In this document: piece after piece, positions 19,145-28,543 of the stretch | How positions within the stretch are numbered: position 1 is the first letter of the stretch | Layout of the letters: every line of letters starts with the position of its first letter | Source: a virus | Strand: one strand, 5' to 3' | Length of the DNA stretch: 64,000 nt | IMG/VR virus record: IMGVR_UViG_3300037225_000351 | Location: 4,123-68,122 of that record | Notes under the pieces: generated by a model | Told to the model about the DNA's origin: nothing | Database searches by the model: none | What the model saw: the letters and a program-made list of their open reading frames with translations, nothing else | Position numbers and translations under genes: made by a program

Positions 19145-21235
19145 TTAATAAACCAATTCATCCAAGTATTTCATCCAAAAAATCTTAGCCTTGGCAGATA
19201 TCAAAGAACCAATCTTCTTCGGATCGATTTGATTTTTTATAATTGTATCTTTTTCCTCTTTCAAAATATCATTATATAGCCATCGTAAATATTCGCCTGT
19301 ACTTTTTATGTCTAAAGGAATCTTCATCTCAATCATCTTATCAATTCCTTGTTTCATCCTATTTTCTGTTACTGCATATTCAATAAACTCTTTTAATCCT
19401 GTAATCTCTTCAATATTAACAGAAGCCAATTTCTTTACTTTGGTACTACTATGCTTCTCGCCTTTCACCTTGAAGATATATCTCTCTGATGGACCTAAGA
19501 GACATTCCCATACAATGCCTTCTCCCACCATTTTTTCTATTCCAAAATACTTTCCTACGGGGCATTCTGCTTCAACTTTCAATGTCATATCTACTAATTT
19601 ATTCTGTGCTAATTCAGGACTATTGAAGTCTATCTCCATACTATAATGTTCGAACTGATAGATATTAAAGATTCTTTTATCCTCCATCTTTAAATGAGAG
19701 AACTTTGAGAAATCATGATATATATCGTCAATCTTAATCCCAAACAATATCCACATTTTAGGAAGCTGAGATATTGCCATACCCTTCTGTATCGATGAAT
19801 TGTGAACTAAAATATTATTAGCAAAATAATTACTATTATCTTCTATTTGAATATCATATTTGAATTTTTTATATTCTTCTAATGGGATATACTTTTCTAT
19901 ATTTTCTATTTTTGCTTCAATTAAAGACTGATCATACTCATTTATATAATCATCCCACCATGATATTTTTTCGATTTTGTGAAAAATAGTTGGAAGTTTA
20001 TAATTGAATTCTTTAAGAATATACGGAGATATTGTATAAAGAAAAGCGGAAGCTCCCTCAACTGTAAACCTTATTTCTGTTCCTAATTCTTTATCTTCAT
20101 AAACTGTATAACAATAATACCCTTTTGAATTTAACCAAGATTCTATAAGTTTAACATTTTTTGTTCCAAACCCTTGGCAATGCAGTGAACATCTATCTTG
20201 TCTTCCTTCTTTATTATGGTGAATAATTGATCCATCATCCATATACCAAACCGCTAAAGCTAATGGACTTAATTTATTTAAATATGATATCGTAATGTGT
20301 TTTTTATTTTCTTTTTTATATAATTCTTTTCTTATATCTTTCATTTCTTCAAAAACTTTTATAGTAAATACTCTCATATTACTGCCGTATCCGCTAATTC
20401 TTTTTTTTATCGATGTTATTATATTTTTAAAATTATCTTGAATAAAATCATTATAAAATTTTTGATTATCATCTGAATGACTTATTCTAATTGATCCTGC
20501 ATTATCTAAACACCCATCTCCTAATATTGTTCCCATTAAAAATTGTTTTACATTATAAGATAAAATTTTTCCTGGAAATAAAAGTTTATCGTTAATTTTT
20601 AAATTATCTGCTTTTTTCTCTAATATTTTATTATTTTTTTTAATAAAAACACTATGTGTGGGTGTTACTATAAATCCAGTAAACCTTCCTCCTCTTTTTC
20701 TTCGTTGTACATTAATTTTTAACCATTCATTTGTTTTTCCATTTATATGGAAGTTTATTACTTTTTTGGGTTCTAATTTGTGTGTTGTTATATTATAAGA
20801 TAAAATTTCAACCTTTAATTTTTTCCTAACAATTTTTCCAATTGGTAGTGTTGTTCCATTAGATAACAAAATAGGAGTATTATACGGAAAACACCCGCAA
20901 TATTCTCCATAGATCGCACAATAATCTTTAAATTCAATTCCTTCAAATAATTTCTTAACATCAATATTAGACATTGCAAGCATGAATCCATTGTTATCAG
21001 ATCCCAATTCAAGAACTCTTTCACGACTTTGATATTCTATATGACCATCCTTATATAAAATTATTCCAGAATTCGTTCCATGTAATTTTATTGTTCCATT
21101 GAATGTAAGCTTGGGATAAGGCGAATCATGGCGATATATAGGTGCTTCTGTTTCATCCAGACCTTTATAGTCATGATGTACTTTTACCGATCTAATAGTA
21201 TTACGAAATTGTCCTATATCAGTAAAAGTCTTCAT
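19145..21235 (-). CDS. RNA ligase 2 family protein, intein-containing
   Basis: Motif I KLHGTN, QSR, YGEYCG/SIQKG, GEGIVW and FKVKGEKH. Start at MKTFTDIG with an AGGAG RBS. Confidence 0.85.
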   Translation of the reverse strand: MKTFTDIGQFRNTIRSVKVHHDYKGLDETEAPIYRHDSPYPKLTFNGTIKLHGTNSGIILYKDGHIEYQSRERVLELGSDNNGFMLAMSNIDVKKLFEGIEFKDYCAIYGEYCGCFPYNTPILLSNGTTLPIGKIVRKKLKVEILSYNITTHKLEPKKVINFHINGKTNEWLKINVQRRKRGGRFTGFIVTPTHSVFIKKNNKILEKKADNLKINDKLLFPGKILSYNVKQFLMGTILGDGCLDNAGSIRISHSDDNQKFYNDFIQDNFKNIITSIKKRISGYGSNMRVFTIKVFEEMKDIRKELYKKENKKHITISYLNKLSPLALAVWYMDDGSIIHHNKEGRQDRCSLHCQGFGTKNVKLIESWLNSKGYYCYTVYEDKELGTEIRFTVEGASAFLYTISPYILKEFNYKLPTIFHKIEKISWWDDYINEYDQSLIEAKIENIEKYIPLEEYKKFKYDIQIEDNSNYFANNILVHNSSIQKGMAISQLPKMWILFGIKIDDIYHDFSKFSHLKMEDKRIFNIYQFEHYSMEIDFNSPELAQNKLVDMTLKVEAECPVGKYFGIEKMVGEGIVWECLLGPSERYIFKVKGEKHSSTKVKKLASVNIEEITGLKEFIEYAVTENRMKQGIDKMIEMKIPLDIKSTGEYLRWLYNDILKEEKDTIIKNQIDPKKIGSLISAKAKIFWMKYLDELVY
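19799..20893 (-). mobile_element. Intein (365 aa) with LAGLIDADG endonuclease in the RNA ligase
   Basis: G|CFPYNT ... ILVHN|S, with GTILGDG and WYMDDG blocks. Confidence 0.92.
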
Positions 21236-21250
21236 GTGCTCTCCTAATAC

Positions 21251-21279
21251 AATATAATATATGTGATTATTGAAGTCAA
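21251..21279 (-). promoter_or_regulatory. Variant sigma70 promoter for the RNA ligase operon
   Basis: TTGACT-N17-TATATT directly upstream of the RBS. Confidence 0.65.
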
Positions 21280-21794
21280 GATTTAATTTGCCTTCTGCCA
21301 TATTCTGCTATGAGTAAGCTTTCGGCTCTACCATCTAACGCTCTTCCTCTTTTAGTCTCAAATTCACATTTAGGAAATAACTCTTTAGCTTTTTGTACTG
21401 AAATTAATTTATCACTGCCAGCTCCGAAAACAACTTCCTTTTTCCATTTCTGAGGAGAGACCCAATTAATATCTACCTGAAAACAAGTCAAAAGCATCTC
21501 AATATTTCCAAGTCCTCTACCCATCGAAAACATAGAAGTGACCCCTTGAGCTGGCATGGCAGAAACCAATTCTACCCAGGCACTAACATTTTCTCTATCA
21601 TCACAAATAGGATTATCTAAGATGTATTCCATTATATCTCGGAATGCTTCAATATCTATCATTGTTTTTATTTTTTTATTTGATTTTTCTACTTTTATTG
21701 TAGGAATATCATAGACAGCATAAGGTCCATCTGTTTGTATAACTCCTATGCCTCCTTTCAACCCTGGGTCAAAGCCAAGAATTATTTTACTCAT
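21276..21794 (-). CDS. ruvC: RuvC-like Holliday junction resolvase
   Basis: GFDPG, WVE, GVTSMFSMG, PQKWKK and DGRAESLLIA. Confidence 0.85.
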   Translation of the reverse strand: MSKIILGFDPGLKGGIGVIQTDGPYAVYDIPTIKVEKSNKKIKTMIDIEAFRDIMEYILDNPICDDRENVSAWVELVSAMPAQGVTSMFSMGRGLGNIEMLLTCFQVDINWVSPQKWKKEVVFGAGSDKLISVQKAKELFPKCEFETKRGRALDGRAESLLIAEYGRRQIKS

Positions 21795-21920
21795 ATACTT
21801 TATCTCCAAATAATTTAAGAGCCAAATGTATATATTCTTCATCCTCTACGTACTTTGAATTAGAGACATCAAACCATTCTCTAATTAATAGGATTTCTTC
21901 CTCATTTAAAACTACGCTAT

Positions 21921-22892
21921 TCATACAAATTCTCCTTTAAGATAAATGCTATTCGTAAAATATTTTTCAAGCTCTAAGAACGTCCACTTCTCTGATCTCT
22001 TTAATGACATGCATATACTATTAAGATCCCACTTTTCTTTTGGTTCTAATCCTATATCATCAGTAAATTTCTTCCAGCGAAATACATACTCTCCATGCTC
22101 TAATAATTGCACATTCTTCTTTTGAGCATCTGCATCAGAATCCAACAAATAATATCTCTTCTTAAACTCAAAGACCTTAGAATCAAACACCTTCCTCAAA
22201 CCACTCACAGCTATGGAATTTTCTGCAAATAAAGAATCTATAACTCCCTCAAAGATTATTGCAGGACTTGTCTTATCTGCATTATAGTAATTATAGATCT
22301 TATTCCATTTATCACCAATCCGAGAATTATACTTAGGTTCCATGTCCTTATACAATCGTCTGGCCTGATAATTATAGATCTTTCCCTCTGCATCTAAATA
22401 AGGAATAATTAATCGGTTCTTAAAAATTCCATCCGTAGCAACATACCATTTCTGCCAGATACTTGTAGGAATAAGTCTCTCAGTACTTAAATCAATTGCA
22501 GTCTTAAATAAATCAGAGTCTCCTTTTAGAATAGGTACAAAATATTGCAGGTCTTTCTTTTCATTGTAGATTCTTTGAGGAATATTAAGAGAAAGTGTTT
22601 GCGATTGGCTTTGTTTTTTGCAGCTTTGTGATAAATATTCCTTCCAGTACTCAGGGAAATATGTCTTTAGCCAGTGAGTAACTGTCATTGAAGCTTGGCA
22701 GTTCTGGCAGTAAAAAATCCACGGATTCCTATTCTTTAATATATATCCGCGTTTCTTAGATTTGCTTTTCTTAGAATCTCCGCATACATTACATCTAAAA
22801 TTATATTTATCTCCTAAGATTCTATACTTTTCAAACTTTGCTGATAATACAGATCTGATCACATTATCCATTGCAAAGATATTTATTTCCAT
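21921..22892 (-). CDS. gp61: DNA primase (gp61-like)
   Basis: YNFRCxxCGDSxKxKxKxRG zinc ribbon, RLIIP, YQAR, FEGxIDSLF TOPRIM and DxD. Confidence 0.92.
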   Translation of the reverse strand: MEINIFAMDNVIRSVLSAKFEKYRILGDKYNFRCNVCGDSKKSKSKKRGYILKNRNPWIFYCQNCQASMTVTHWLKTYFPEYWKEYLSQSCKKQSQSQTLSLNIPQRIYNEKKDLQYFVPILKGDSDLFKTAIDLSTERLIPTSIWQKWYVATDGIFKNRLIIPYLDAEGKIYNYQARRLYKDMEPKYNSRIGDKWNKIYNYYNADKTSPAIIFEGVIDSLFAENSIAVSGLRKVFDSKVFEFKKRYYLLDSDADAQKKNVQLLEHGEYVFRWKKFTDDIGLEPKEKWDLNSICMSLKRSEKWTFLELEKYFTNSIYLKGEFV

Positions 22893-22893
22893 A

Positions 22894-23106
22894 TTACTTT
22901 TTATTTTTCTTTTTATGAAATTCTTTTATTCTTAGATTTTCTTCTTGAACTATTGCAGCTAATAAAGTTGATTGATCCACCAAACAAGTATCCCAAACAA
23001 ATACTCCTCCTCCAATTTCATCACTATAATATATTCTACCTCCTACTGTATTATCTTTCCAATAAAGAGCACATCCATTTGGCAACATAATATAATTTTT
23101 AATCAT
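22894..23106 (-). CDS. Hypothetical protein
   Basis: GGRxYYSDEIGGGVxVWDTxLV pattern. Confidence 0.6.
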   Translation of the reverse strand: MIKNYIMLPNGCALYWKDNTVGGRIYYSDEIGGGVFVWDTCLVDQSTLLAAIVQEENLRIKEFHKKKNKK

Positions 23107-23360
23107 TTTAACGCTTTATATGCAATTTCAATATCTTCGCATGTAGCTATTTTTATTATAAGAGCATACATAGTTTCACATTCTTTTTCTTTTTTGGCTT
23201 TTTCTTTTTTCTCTACAAGGTCATTCTTATATTTTGTTAACCAGTCCAAAAATAGGTCTTTTCTATACGTTTGAGGTATTCTTGGAAAATCATTAGAAAG
23301 AGATTCTATTCTTCCAACAATTAGAGTATTCGTGTATTCTCCTTTGTAATTATAAAACAT
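23103..23360 (-). CDS. Hypothetical protein
   Basis: ATG overlaps the 3' end of iscB. Confidence 0.45.
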   Translation of the reverse strand: MFYNYKGEYTNTLIVGRIESLSNDFPRIPQTYRKDLFLDWLTKYKNDLVEKKEKAKKEKECETMYALIIKIATCEDIEIAYKALK

Positions 23361-24555
23361 TTTTAAATATTGATTTTGTATGGTAAACTTTTTGGATTTT
23401 CTTAATTCCTATTTGCAATTTTTTAGATTTATCAAAATATCTTATTATGCTTCCAAAAGAAGTGCTCCCCCTGGAAATATATTTTTTATTTTTAATAGTT
23501 ACTATATCCCCCGGTCGTATTAAATATCTTTTTCTTCTAATTAATGGTTTTGATCCTTTTCTATTACATTGTAAAACTCTGTTGTTTCTATGCTTTTGTT
23601 TTAAAGATATTGAATTGATTTTGGTTTGACTCTGTCCCTTAGCAATTACAAAAGCATCATTAAAATGAGTTTTCTCTAATCTCAATATATTTCTATTAAT
23701 AAATGTCTCAGTACCATAAACTAATCGAGCTTCAGGAAATACTTCTCGATATTTCCATCTAACTACTAACATAAAAGTAGCATCTTTATATTGTCTGTTT
23801 ATCTTTAAAGAATCAAATAATTTCTTTTGATGTAGTTTATAGTGACATTTCTTATGTAGTAAAGCTAAATTCTTTTCTCTATCAGTTCCACCTTTAGACC
23901 TTGGTATGATATGATGTATATGTGAAGAATTACTTTTACTAAGTTTGTCGCCGCATAATTGGCATTTACTTTCTTCACGAGATATCAAGAAAGACCTCAT
24001 ATTTTGATATTCGTACATTGATCCTTGTTGATATTGAATTCCTTTAATGTCAGGATTTTCAATCTTCTGAATATCAAAATTTCCTACTTCAATAAACAAA
24101 TTCTTTATAGGAAGAATTTCTTTGATTTTATTTATTAACTTTATATGAGTATCAAATTTTCTTTGTATTGAAGGCGTTAAAGATCCTTTTGGTTTTGTTC
24201 TATTATTAAATCTTGGTTTTCTATACCATAATTTTCTTCTTCTAAGTCTTCGATACATACTTCTTTCTTTTAATCTTTCCGAAGTACGCAAATCTAAATC
24301 TAATGTCCCACATAGTATTTCTTTCTTAGAATCAATCACTGAAAATCCTACGAACTTAGATCCTGAATCGATTCCTAAATTCATTTTACTTACTGATTCT
24401 CCAGTAGCCTTTGTCAACTGAATAACGAAAAATGGATTTGTCTTTACTACTTTTGCTTCTCCCTTCTTTAAAAGTAAACGAGCTTTTCTTGATGAACAGG
24501 GCATTATAGGCTTGCCCCGTTGATTAAGAACATAAGCTTTATCAGAGACTCTCAA
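23350..24555 (-). CDS. iscB: IscB RNA-guided endonuclease (OMEGA, IS200/IS605 family)
   Basis: PLMP-like KPIMP, RuvC-I GIDSG, bridge helix RSMYRRLRR, RuvC-II EVGNFD, HNH HHIIPRSKGG...N...H, RuvC-III THFNDA. Likely TTG start at 24555 after GGAGG; the frame stays open to ATG 24723. Confidence 0.93.
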   Translation of the reverse strand: MRVSDKAYVLNQRGKPIMPCSSRKARLLLKKGEAKVVKTNPFFVIQLTKATGESVSKMNLGIDSGSKFVGFSVIDSKKEILCGTLDLDLRTSERLKERSMYRRLRRRKLWYRKPRFNNRTKPKGSLTPSIQRKFDTHIKLINKIKEILPIKNLFIEVGNFDIQKIENPDIKGIQYQQGSMYEYQNMRSFLISREESKCQLCGDKLSKSNSSHIHHIIPRSKGGTDREKNLALLHKKCHYKLHQKKLFDSLKINRQYKDATFMLVVRWKYREVFPEARLVYGTETFINRNILRLEKTHFNDAFVIAKGQSQTKINSISLKQKHRNNRVLQCNRKGSKPLIRRKRYLIRPGDIVTIKNKKYISRGSTSFGSIIRYFDKSKKLQIGIKKIQKVYHTKSIFKNVL

Positions 24556-24559
24556 GCCC

Positions 24560-24810
24560 TGACCTCCCTTATGCTGGAGTAGATCCACATCGAGGTTGTT
24601 TAAAGCCAGTACTTTATTCTGTACACTGAGATTTTCATCTCTGTTTAATACAGAATTTTCAGAGCTACAGACTTGTGGAGCATCCGTAGGTGAGTTCTGG
24701 AACTTTACTTTAAACTTCTGCATATTAGTTATTACCTTTTACGCCCTCTAATCAACTCTTACGTTGTACTTCACAGTACAAACTCATAGTTACCTATGAG
24801 CATTATGATT
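24560..24810 (-). ncRNA. omegaRNA scaffold of IscB (boundaries approximate)
   Basis: Directly upstream of iscB. GNRA-capped hairpins CTCATAG-GTAA-CTATGAG and TTGTACT-GTGA-AGTACAA, 5' AATCA pairing with GAGTTGATT, then CACCTACGGATGCTCCCACAAGTCTGTAGCTCTG as seen in omegaRNA/HEARO RNAs. Confidence 0.8.
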
Positions 24811-25687
24811 CATCTTTAATCTTGCTAAATATATCATCTGCATCTTCTGCGGAAGCAACCTCTAATGCATCAGGCGTAACATCTTCATCAGCAGCATCTT
24901 CCGAAGGAGCTTGCTGTTGTGTGTTAGTTGCTCCATGAATTGTAGTAAACTTTGAAAACTTCTTTGCAATGTTATCATAAGGCTCAAAGTTTGATTCTGC
25001 AATAAAAGGTTTCAACTTATAACACTTATTCATAATAGCTTCAATTGCTTCATCAGTAGCAGCAATAGGAGTCAATGATTCTTCAAAGCTACAAGAAGAG
25101 TAATCATTTTGTGCTACTTTATCTGATTCAAGCTTAACTTTCTTAATACTAAGCTTAAAATTTGTACCTTTATAGTAATCCCAATAATCTGCTTGTTTTG
25201 TAAGAGAGTCTGCTGGTGGGTTTGCTTTCTCCATCATTTTCTCATAGACTTTCTTTCCATAACGAAAGATAAAAACCTTTCCTTCGTTTTCAGGATGTAC
25301 ATGGTCTTTAAGAATGAGAACATTTGAATAATAATTAATCTTACGACAACGTTTCTGTTGGAGTTTCGTATATTCGTCCCAATGTTCTTTATTAGTTTCA
25401 CAGACAGGACAAGGAAGACCAATCGATGTAGGGCAATTAACGTTCATCCATTTCTTATTTTCGGAAATGTTGTGATAGTAAACTGGTCCAACAAAGGGGA
25501 AATCTGCATCATTAAGCAATCCAGCAGCATCTCTTGATGGAGGAAGGAAGCGCATAAGTACATTAACTGTTCCTTGTTTGCTAAATTCCGGTGAGTAAAT
25601 CCTTTCATCTTTCTTAAAACCGACATTTACTGGTGTTTCTGTCATTTTCTTCTTAGACTCTGACCAATCGAAATCAAATTTTCGCAT
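24803..25687 (-). CDS. gp32: Single-stranded DNA-binding protein (gp32-like)
   Basis: DERIY, RFLP, NCPTSIGxPCPVCE, YYSNVL, PENEGKVFIFRYGKK and an acidic tail. Confidence 0.93.
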   Translation of the reverse strand: MRKFDFDWSESKKKMTETPVNVGFKKDERIYSPEFSKQGTVNVLMRFLPPSRDAAGLLNDADFPFVGPVYYHNISENKKWMNVNCPTSIGLPCPVCETNKEHWDEYTKLQQKRCRKINYYSNVLILKDHVHPENEGKVFIFRYGKKVYEKMMEKANPPADSLTKQADYWDYYKGTNFKLSIKKVKLESDKVAQNDYSSCSFEESLTPIAATDEAIEAIMNKCYKLKPFIAESNFEPYDNIAKKFSKFTTIHGATNTQQQAPSEDAADEDVTPDALEVASAEDADDIFSKIKDES

Positions 25688-26234
25688 AAGAGACTCCTTG
25701 CAGGTAAGATATGAATTTTTTGAATAGGACGTGAAAGAAACTGTATTCTGTCTTAAATAGTATAACGTTTTTTTCTGCGATTGTCAAGACATTTTTATAA
25801 TTTTTTAGAGCGTAGGCCATTGATATATGATTTGTCTTTAAGAGTTTATAAAGGATGCTCTCTCCATTGTCTCTTATCTCAAATAAATCATCTACGGGAA
25901 CTCTATATTTTTGACATATTTTATTAACAATCTCTTCATCTTTAATTGCAAACCTTTCTGTTATCCTTCTTACTTTAATGATATCTTTAACTTGAAATTG
26001 ATAAATCCCTTTTTGTCCTTTAAGTAGCGCTGTTATGAATAGAAATTTTATGAATTGATCTGTTGTAAATTTGCTGCTATTAATTTCCCTAGCTACATTC
26101 TTTGCTTTAGATAAAAATGCTTGTACTCCTTTGCGGCAATAAAAGTTTACTGGTTGTTCAAAAAACTTTACCTCTTGTCCATTAAGCATATCCAAGAAAT
26201 TGTAAATGATTGCTATAATTTCAACTCTATCCAT
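25674..26234 (-). CDS. Possible helicase loader (gp59-like)
   Basis: Position immediately upstream of gp32 as in T4 (33-59-32), with a basic, aromatic, helical composition. Motif support is weak. Confidence 0.4.
   Translation of the reverse strand: MDRVEIIAIIYNFLDMLNGQEVKFFEQPVNFYCRKGVQAFLSKAKNVAREINSSKFTTDQFIKFLFITALLKGQKGIYQFQVKDIIKVRRITERFAIKDEEIVNKICQKYRVPVDDLFEIRDNGESILYKLLKTNHISMAYALKNYKNVLTIAEKNVILFKTEYSFFHVLFKKFISYLQGVSYAKI
25759..25787 (-). promoter_or_regulatory. Early promoter, copy 4 (intragenic; drives gp32-omegaRNA-iscB)
   Basis: TTGACA-N17-TATACT with AAACGT. Confidence 0.8.
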
Positions 26235-26619
26235 TAAATAAATCCATCAAACTACATTCAGAAACTTTAATATGAAATCTTTTCTTTGATTCTTCTTTTA
26301 GAATTGTCTTGCTCTTATTATCAAGCACTGTCATCACCTTTTTAAGATCGGCAACATTCTTATCTAAATACAGAAGCATATCAAACATAGGAAATTTATT
26401 TACTTTATTTATGGTCTGTAAAATAGTATTGAATTCACATTTATCTATTGTTTGAAATTCTTCCTCATCAAAAAGAGTAGTAAGAATATCAACATTGTAA
26501 CCTTTAGAGCCAAGAACTTTAAAGAATCTTTTCTGGCTTAAAGTGTCATAGATCATTTTTTCATTATTATAGATCATTTTCCTTCTGCTCCTCTTCTTTA
26601 TAATCTTTTTGTAATTCAT
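26227..26619 (-). CDS. Possible late-transcription coactivator (gp33-like)
   Basis: Synteny (33-59-32); C-terminal pattern DMLLYL...VLDNKSKTILKEESKK resembles gp33. Confidence 0.35.
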   Translation of the reverse strand: MNYKKIIKKRSRRKMIYNNEKMIYDTLSQKRFFKVLGSKGYNVDILTTLFDEEEFQTIDKCEFNTILQTINKVNKFPMFDMLLYLDKNVADLKKVMTVLDNKSKTILKEESKKRFHIKVSECSLMDLFNG

Positions 26620-26866
26620 TCATAACATCATCCATATTAATTATTGGTTCTAACATGTCAGCAGCTTTATTTCTATTCTCTAAGTTCTCAACTCTATCTT
26701 CTAATGTTGGTTCTGTATTATATTTAACTTCTTCCCAATCTTCTAATAATTTCGCTGCATCCCGAACTAAAATAATATGATATAACCAAAGAAAATGAGT
26801 TCTTAAAAACATCATCACTTTACCTTTAAATGTTTCGCGTCCACCAATCCAATTATCTGTATTCAT
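26567..26866 (-). CDS. Hypothetical protein
   Basis: Packed ORF downstream of the helicase. Confidence 0.5.
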   Translation of the reverse strand: MNTDNWIGGRETFKGKVMMFLRTHFLWLYHIILVRDAAKLLEDWEEVKYNTEPTLEDRVENLENRNKAADMLEPIINMDDVMNELQKDYKEEEQKENDL

Positions 26867-26869
26867 ATT

Positions 26870-28240
26870 CTACTCCCAGTTAAATTGTTTAGCTTCTTTA
26901 GACTCTGTATCTTTCTGCAATGCTCTTCCTACCATGCCAATTGCAGAATCTGTTTTACTTACAGGAATTTCTTTTAGATGTTTATTTGATTCTATATCAT
27001 CTGTAACTCTTTGTTTTTTCTTATTTACATCCAGGATTATTTTCTGATGATCTTCGCCGTCTCTATTTTTTAGTACTTGTAAAACTGCTTTATTCATTTT
27101 CATATATTCTTCAGGAGATGTAAGAGCTAAAAGAACATCTGCTGTAAACAAAGGACCAATAGATTGCGACATGTCCTTTGTTTCGAGTTCTGGAGATCCT
27201 AATGCTGCTCTGTTTGTCTGAGTTCCTGAGAAAGCTGGCACTGCCTTTTCACCGGCCAGACCTCTCAGATCCTCAGAGACTCTTTTAATTTCCTCAAATG
27301 AATTGCTGTTTTTGCTTATATGATTGGCTTTGAGAATCTCCAAGTAATCAACAAATATAATATCAGGAACAAATTTCTTTTTCAATTCAAGATTCTTTAA
27401 TAGATTTCTTATATTATTCGTGTTTATAGATCTCGTAGGATATTCTTTAACAATCAATTTGCTTTTAGTTATCTTCTTCTTTTCCTCAAATAAATCTATC
27501 ATCTCTTTTTTTGGAAGATTCTTTAAACCGTGAATTTCTATATCAAAAAGATTTCCTAATATCCTGGAACCATATTTAAACTCAGACATCTCCAAAGAAA
27601 CTATGAGAACTTTCTTATTATTTAAGAGCATATTTGTTGCGAGAGAGGACATTACCATACTTTTACCTTTACCAGAATTTGCCATAAGAAGAGTTAAAGT
27701 TTTCTCATATAATCCACCTTCAAGACAAAAATCTAATGTAGGCAATCCTGTTTCTATGTACATCTGTGGTGAATGCAAGTAATTATAAAACTTCTCACCA
27801 TCTTCAAGAACATCAAATCCTATGTTTGTATCAAAGGAAAATGAAAGTGCTTCTCTAAGTTCATCGACGTGTGGGAATAGTTCTCCTACTTTTCCTTCTG
27901 ATAGCTTGTCCATAATACTAACATTGACATTATTAACAAGCTTTTCTTTAAAGAATTTTTCTATCCCCTCAAATAACTCTTCCTCTGTATACTCTGAGAT
28001 ATTTAATTCTATGAGTTCTTTAAATAATACTAGAGCTTCACCTTCTACTTTTAATTTGATATCTGAGAGAGTAGGAAATTTATTATGTTTTTCATGGAAG
28101 TCTAAGATTTTTTTGATTAATTTTTTATGTTCTTCATTATCAAATAGAGTATCTTGGAGAAATGGGAGGACTTTGTTTCTAACTTTATCATTTACAAACA
28201 ATAACTTAATGATGATCTTTTCAAAGAGAATTGGATTCAA
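26870..28240 (-). CDS. gp41: Replicative DnaB-like helicase (gp41-like)
   Basis: Walker A SGKGKS, SLEMSE, VKEYPT, FVDYL, TQTNR and LKNR. Confidence 0.93.
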   Translation of the reverse strand: MNPILFEKIIIKLLFVNDKVRNKVLPFLQDTLFDNEEHKKLIKKILDFHEKHNKFPTLSDIKLKVEGEALVLFKELIELNISEYTEEELFEGIEKFFKEKLVNNVNVSIMDKLSEGKVGELFPHVDELREALSFSFDTNIGFDVLEDGEKFYNYLHSPQMYIETGLPTLDFCLEGGLYEKTLTLLMANSGKGKSMVMSSLATNMLLNNKKVLIVSLEMSEFKYGSRILGNLFDIEIHGLKNLPKKEMIDLFEEKKKITKSKLIVKEYPTRSINTNNIRNLLKNLELKKKFVPDIIFVDYLEILKANHISKNSNSFEEIKRVSEDLRGLAGEKAVPAFSGTQTNRAALGSPELETKDMSQSIGPLFTADVLLALTSPEEYMKMNKAVLQVLKNRDGEDHQKIILDVNKKKQRVTDDIESNKHLKEIPVSKTDSAIGMVGRALQKDTESKEAKQFNWE

Positions 28241-28243
28241 GGC

Positions 28244-28495
28244 TTAAATGTCTCCATTTTCTTGCATTGCTTCATCTTCTCTACGGTCAAGGTGTCTTCT
28301 ACGGAATTCATCAGCACAGTGCATTGCAGCATATGTACAATTGTGAAGTTCTGTATATGTGGCTTTTTTATCTACCATGTAAAGTTTCATTAAATATGTG
28401 ATGCAATACTCTAATTCTCCTTTAGTCTTTATTTCAGGAAAATTATAGAGTGCTTTATCAAACGGAATTCTCTCTGAAGCTTTAATGTAGGGCAT
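28244..28495 (-). CDS. Conserved small phage protein (MPYI...GEL...EFxRR...NGDI type)
   Basis: Recognisable motif pattern; has its own early promoter. Confidence 0.6.
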   Translation of the reverse strand: MPYIKASERIPFDKALYNFPEIKTKGELEYCITYLMKLYMVDKKATYTELHNCTYAAMHCADEFRRRHLDRREDEAMQENGDI

Positions 28496-28514
28496 AATAT
28501 TTCCTTTCTATAAT

Positions 28515-28543
28515 AGTATAATGTTTATTTGTCTTATTGTCAA
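28515..28543 (-). promoter_or_regulatory. Early promoter, copy 5
   Basis: TTGACA-N17-TATACT. Confidence 0.85.

Noticed and set aside
23350-24723. Cas9 or TnpB assignment for the RuvC+HNH protein
   Set aside because: Its size, PLMP-like N-terminus, lack of a REC lobe and lack of a CRISPR array identify it as IscB.
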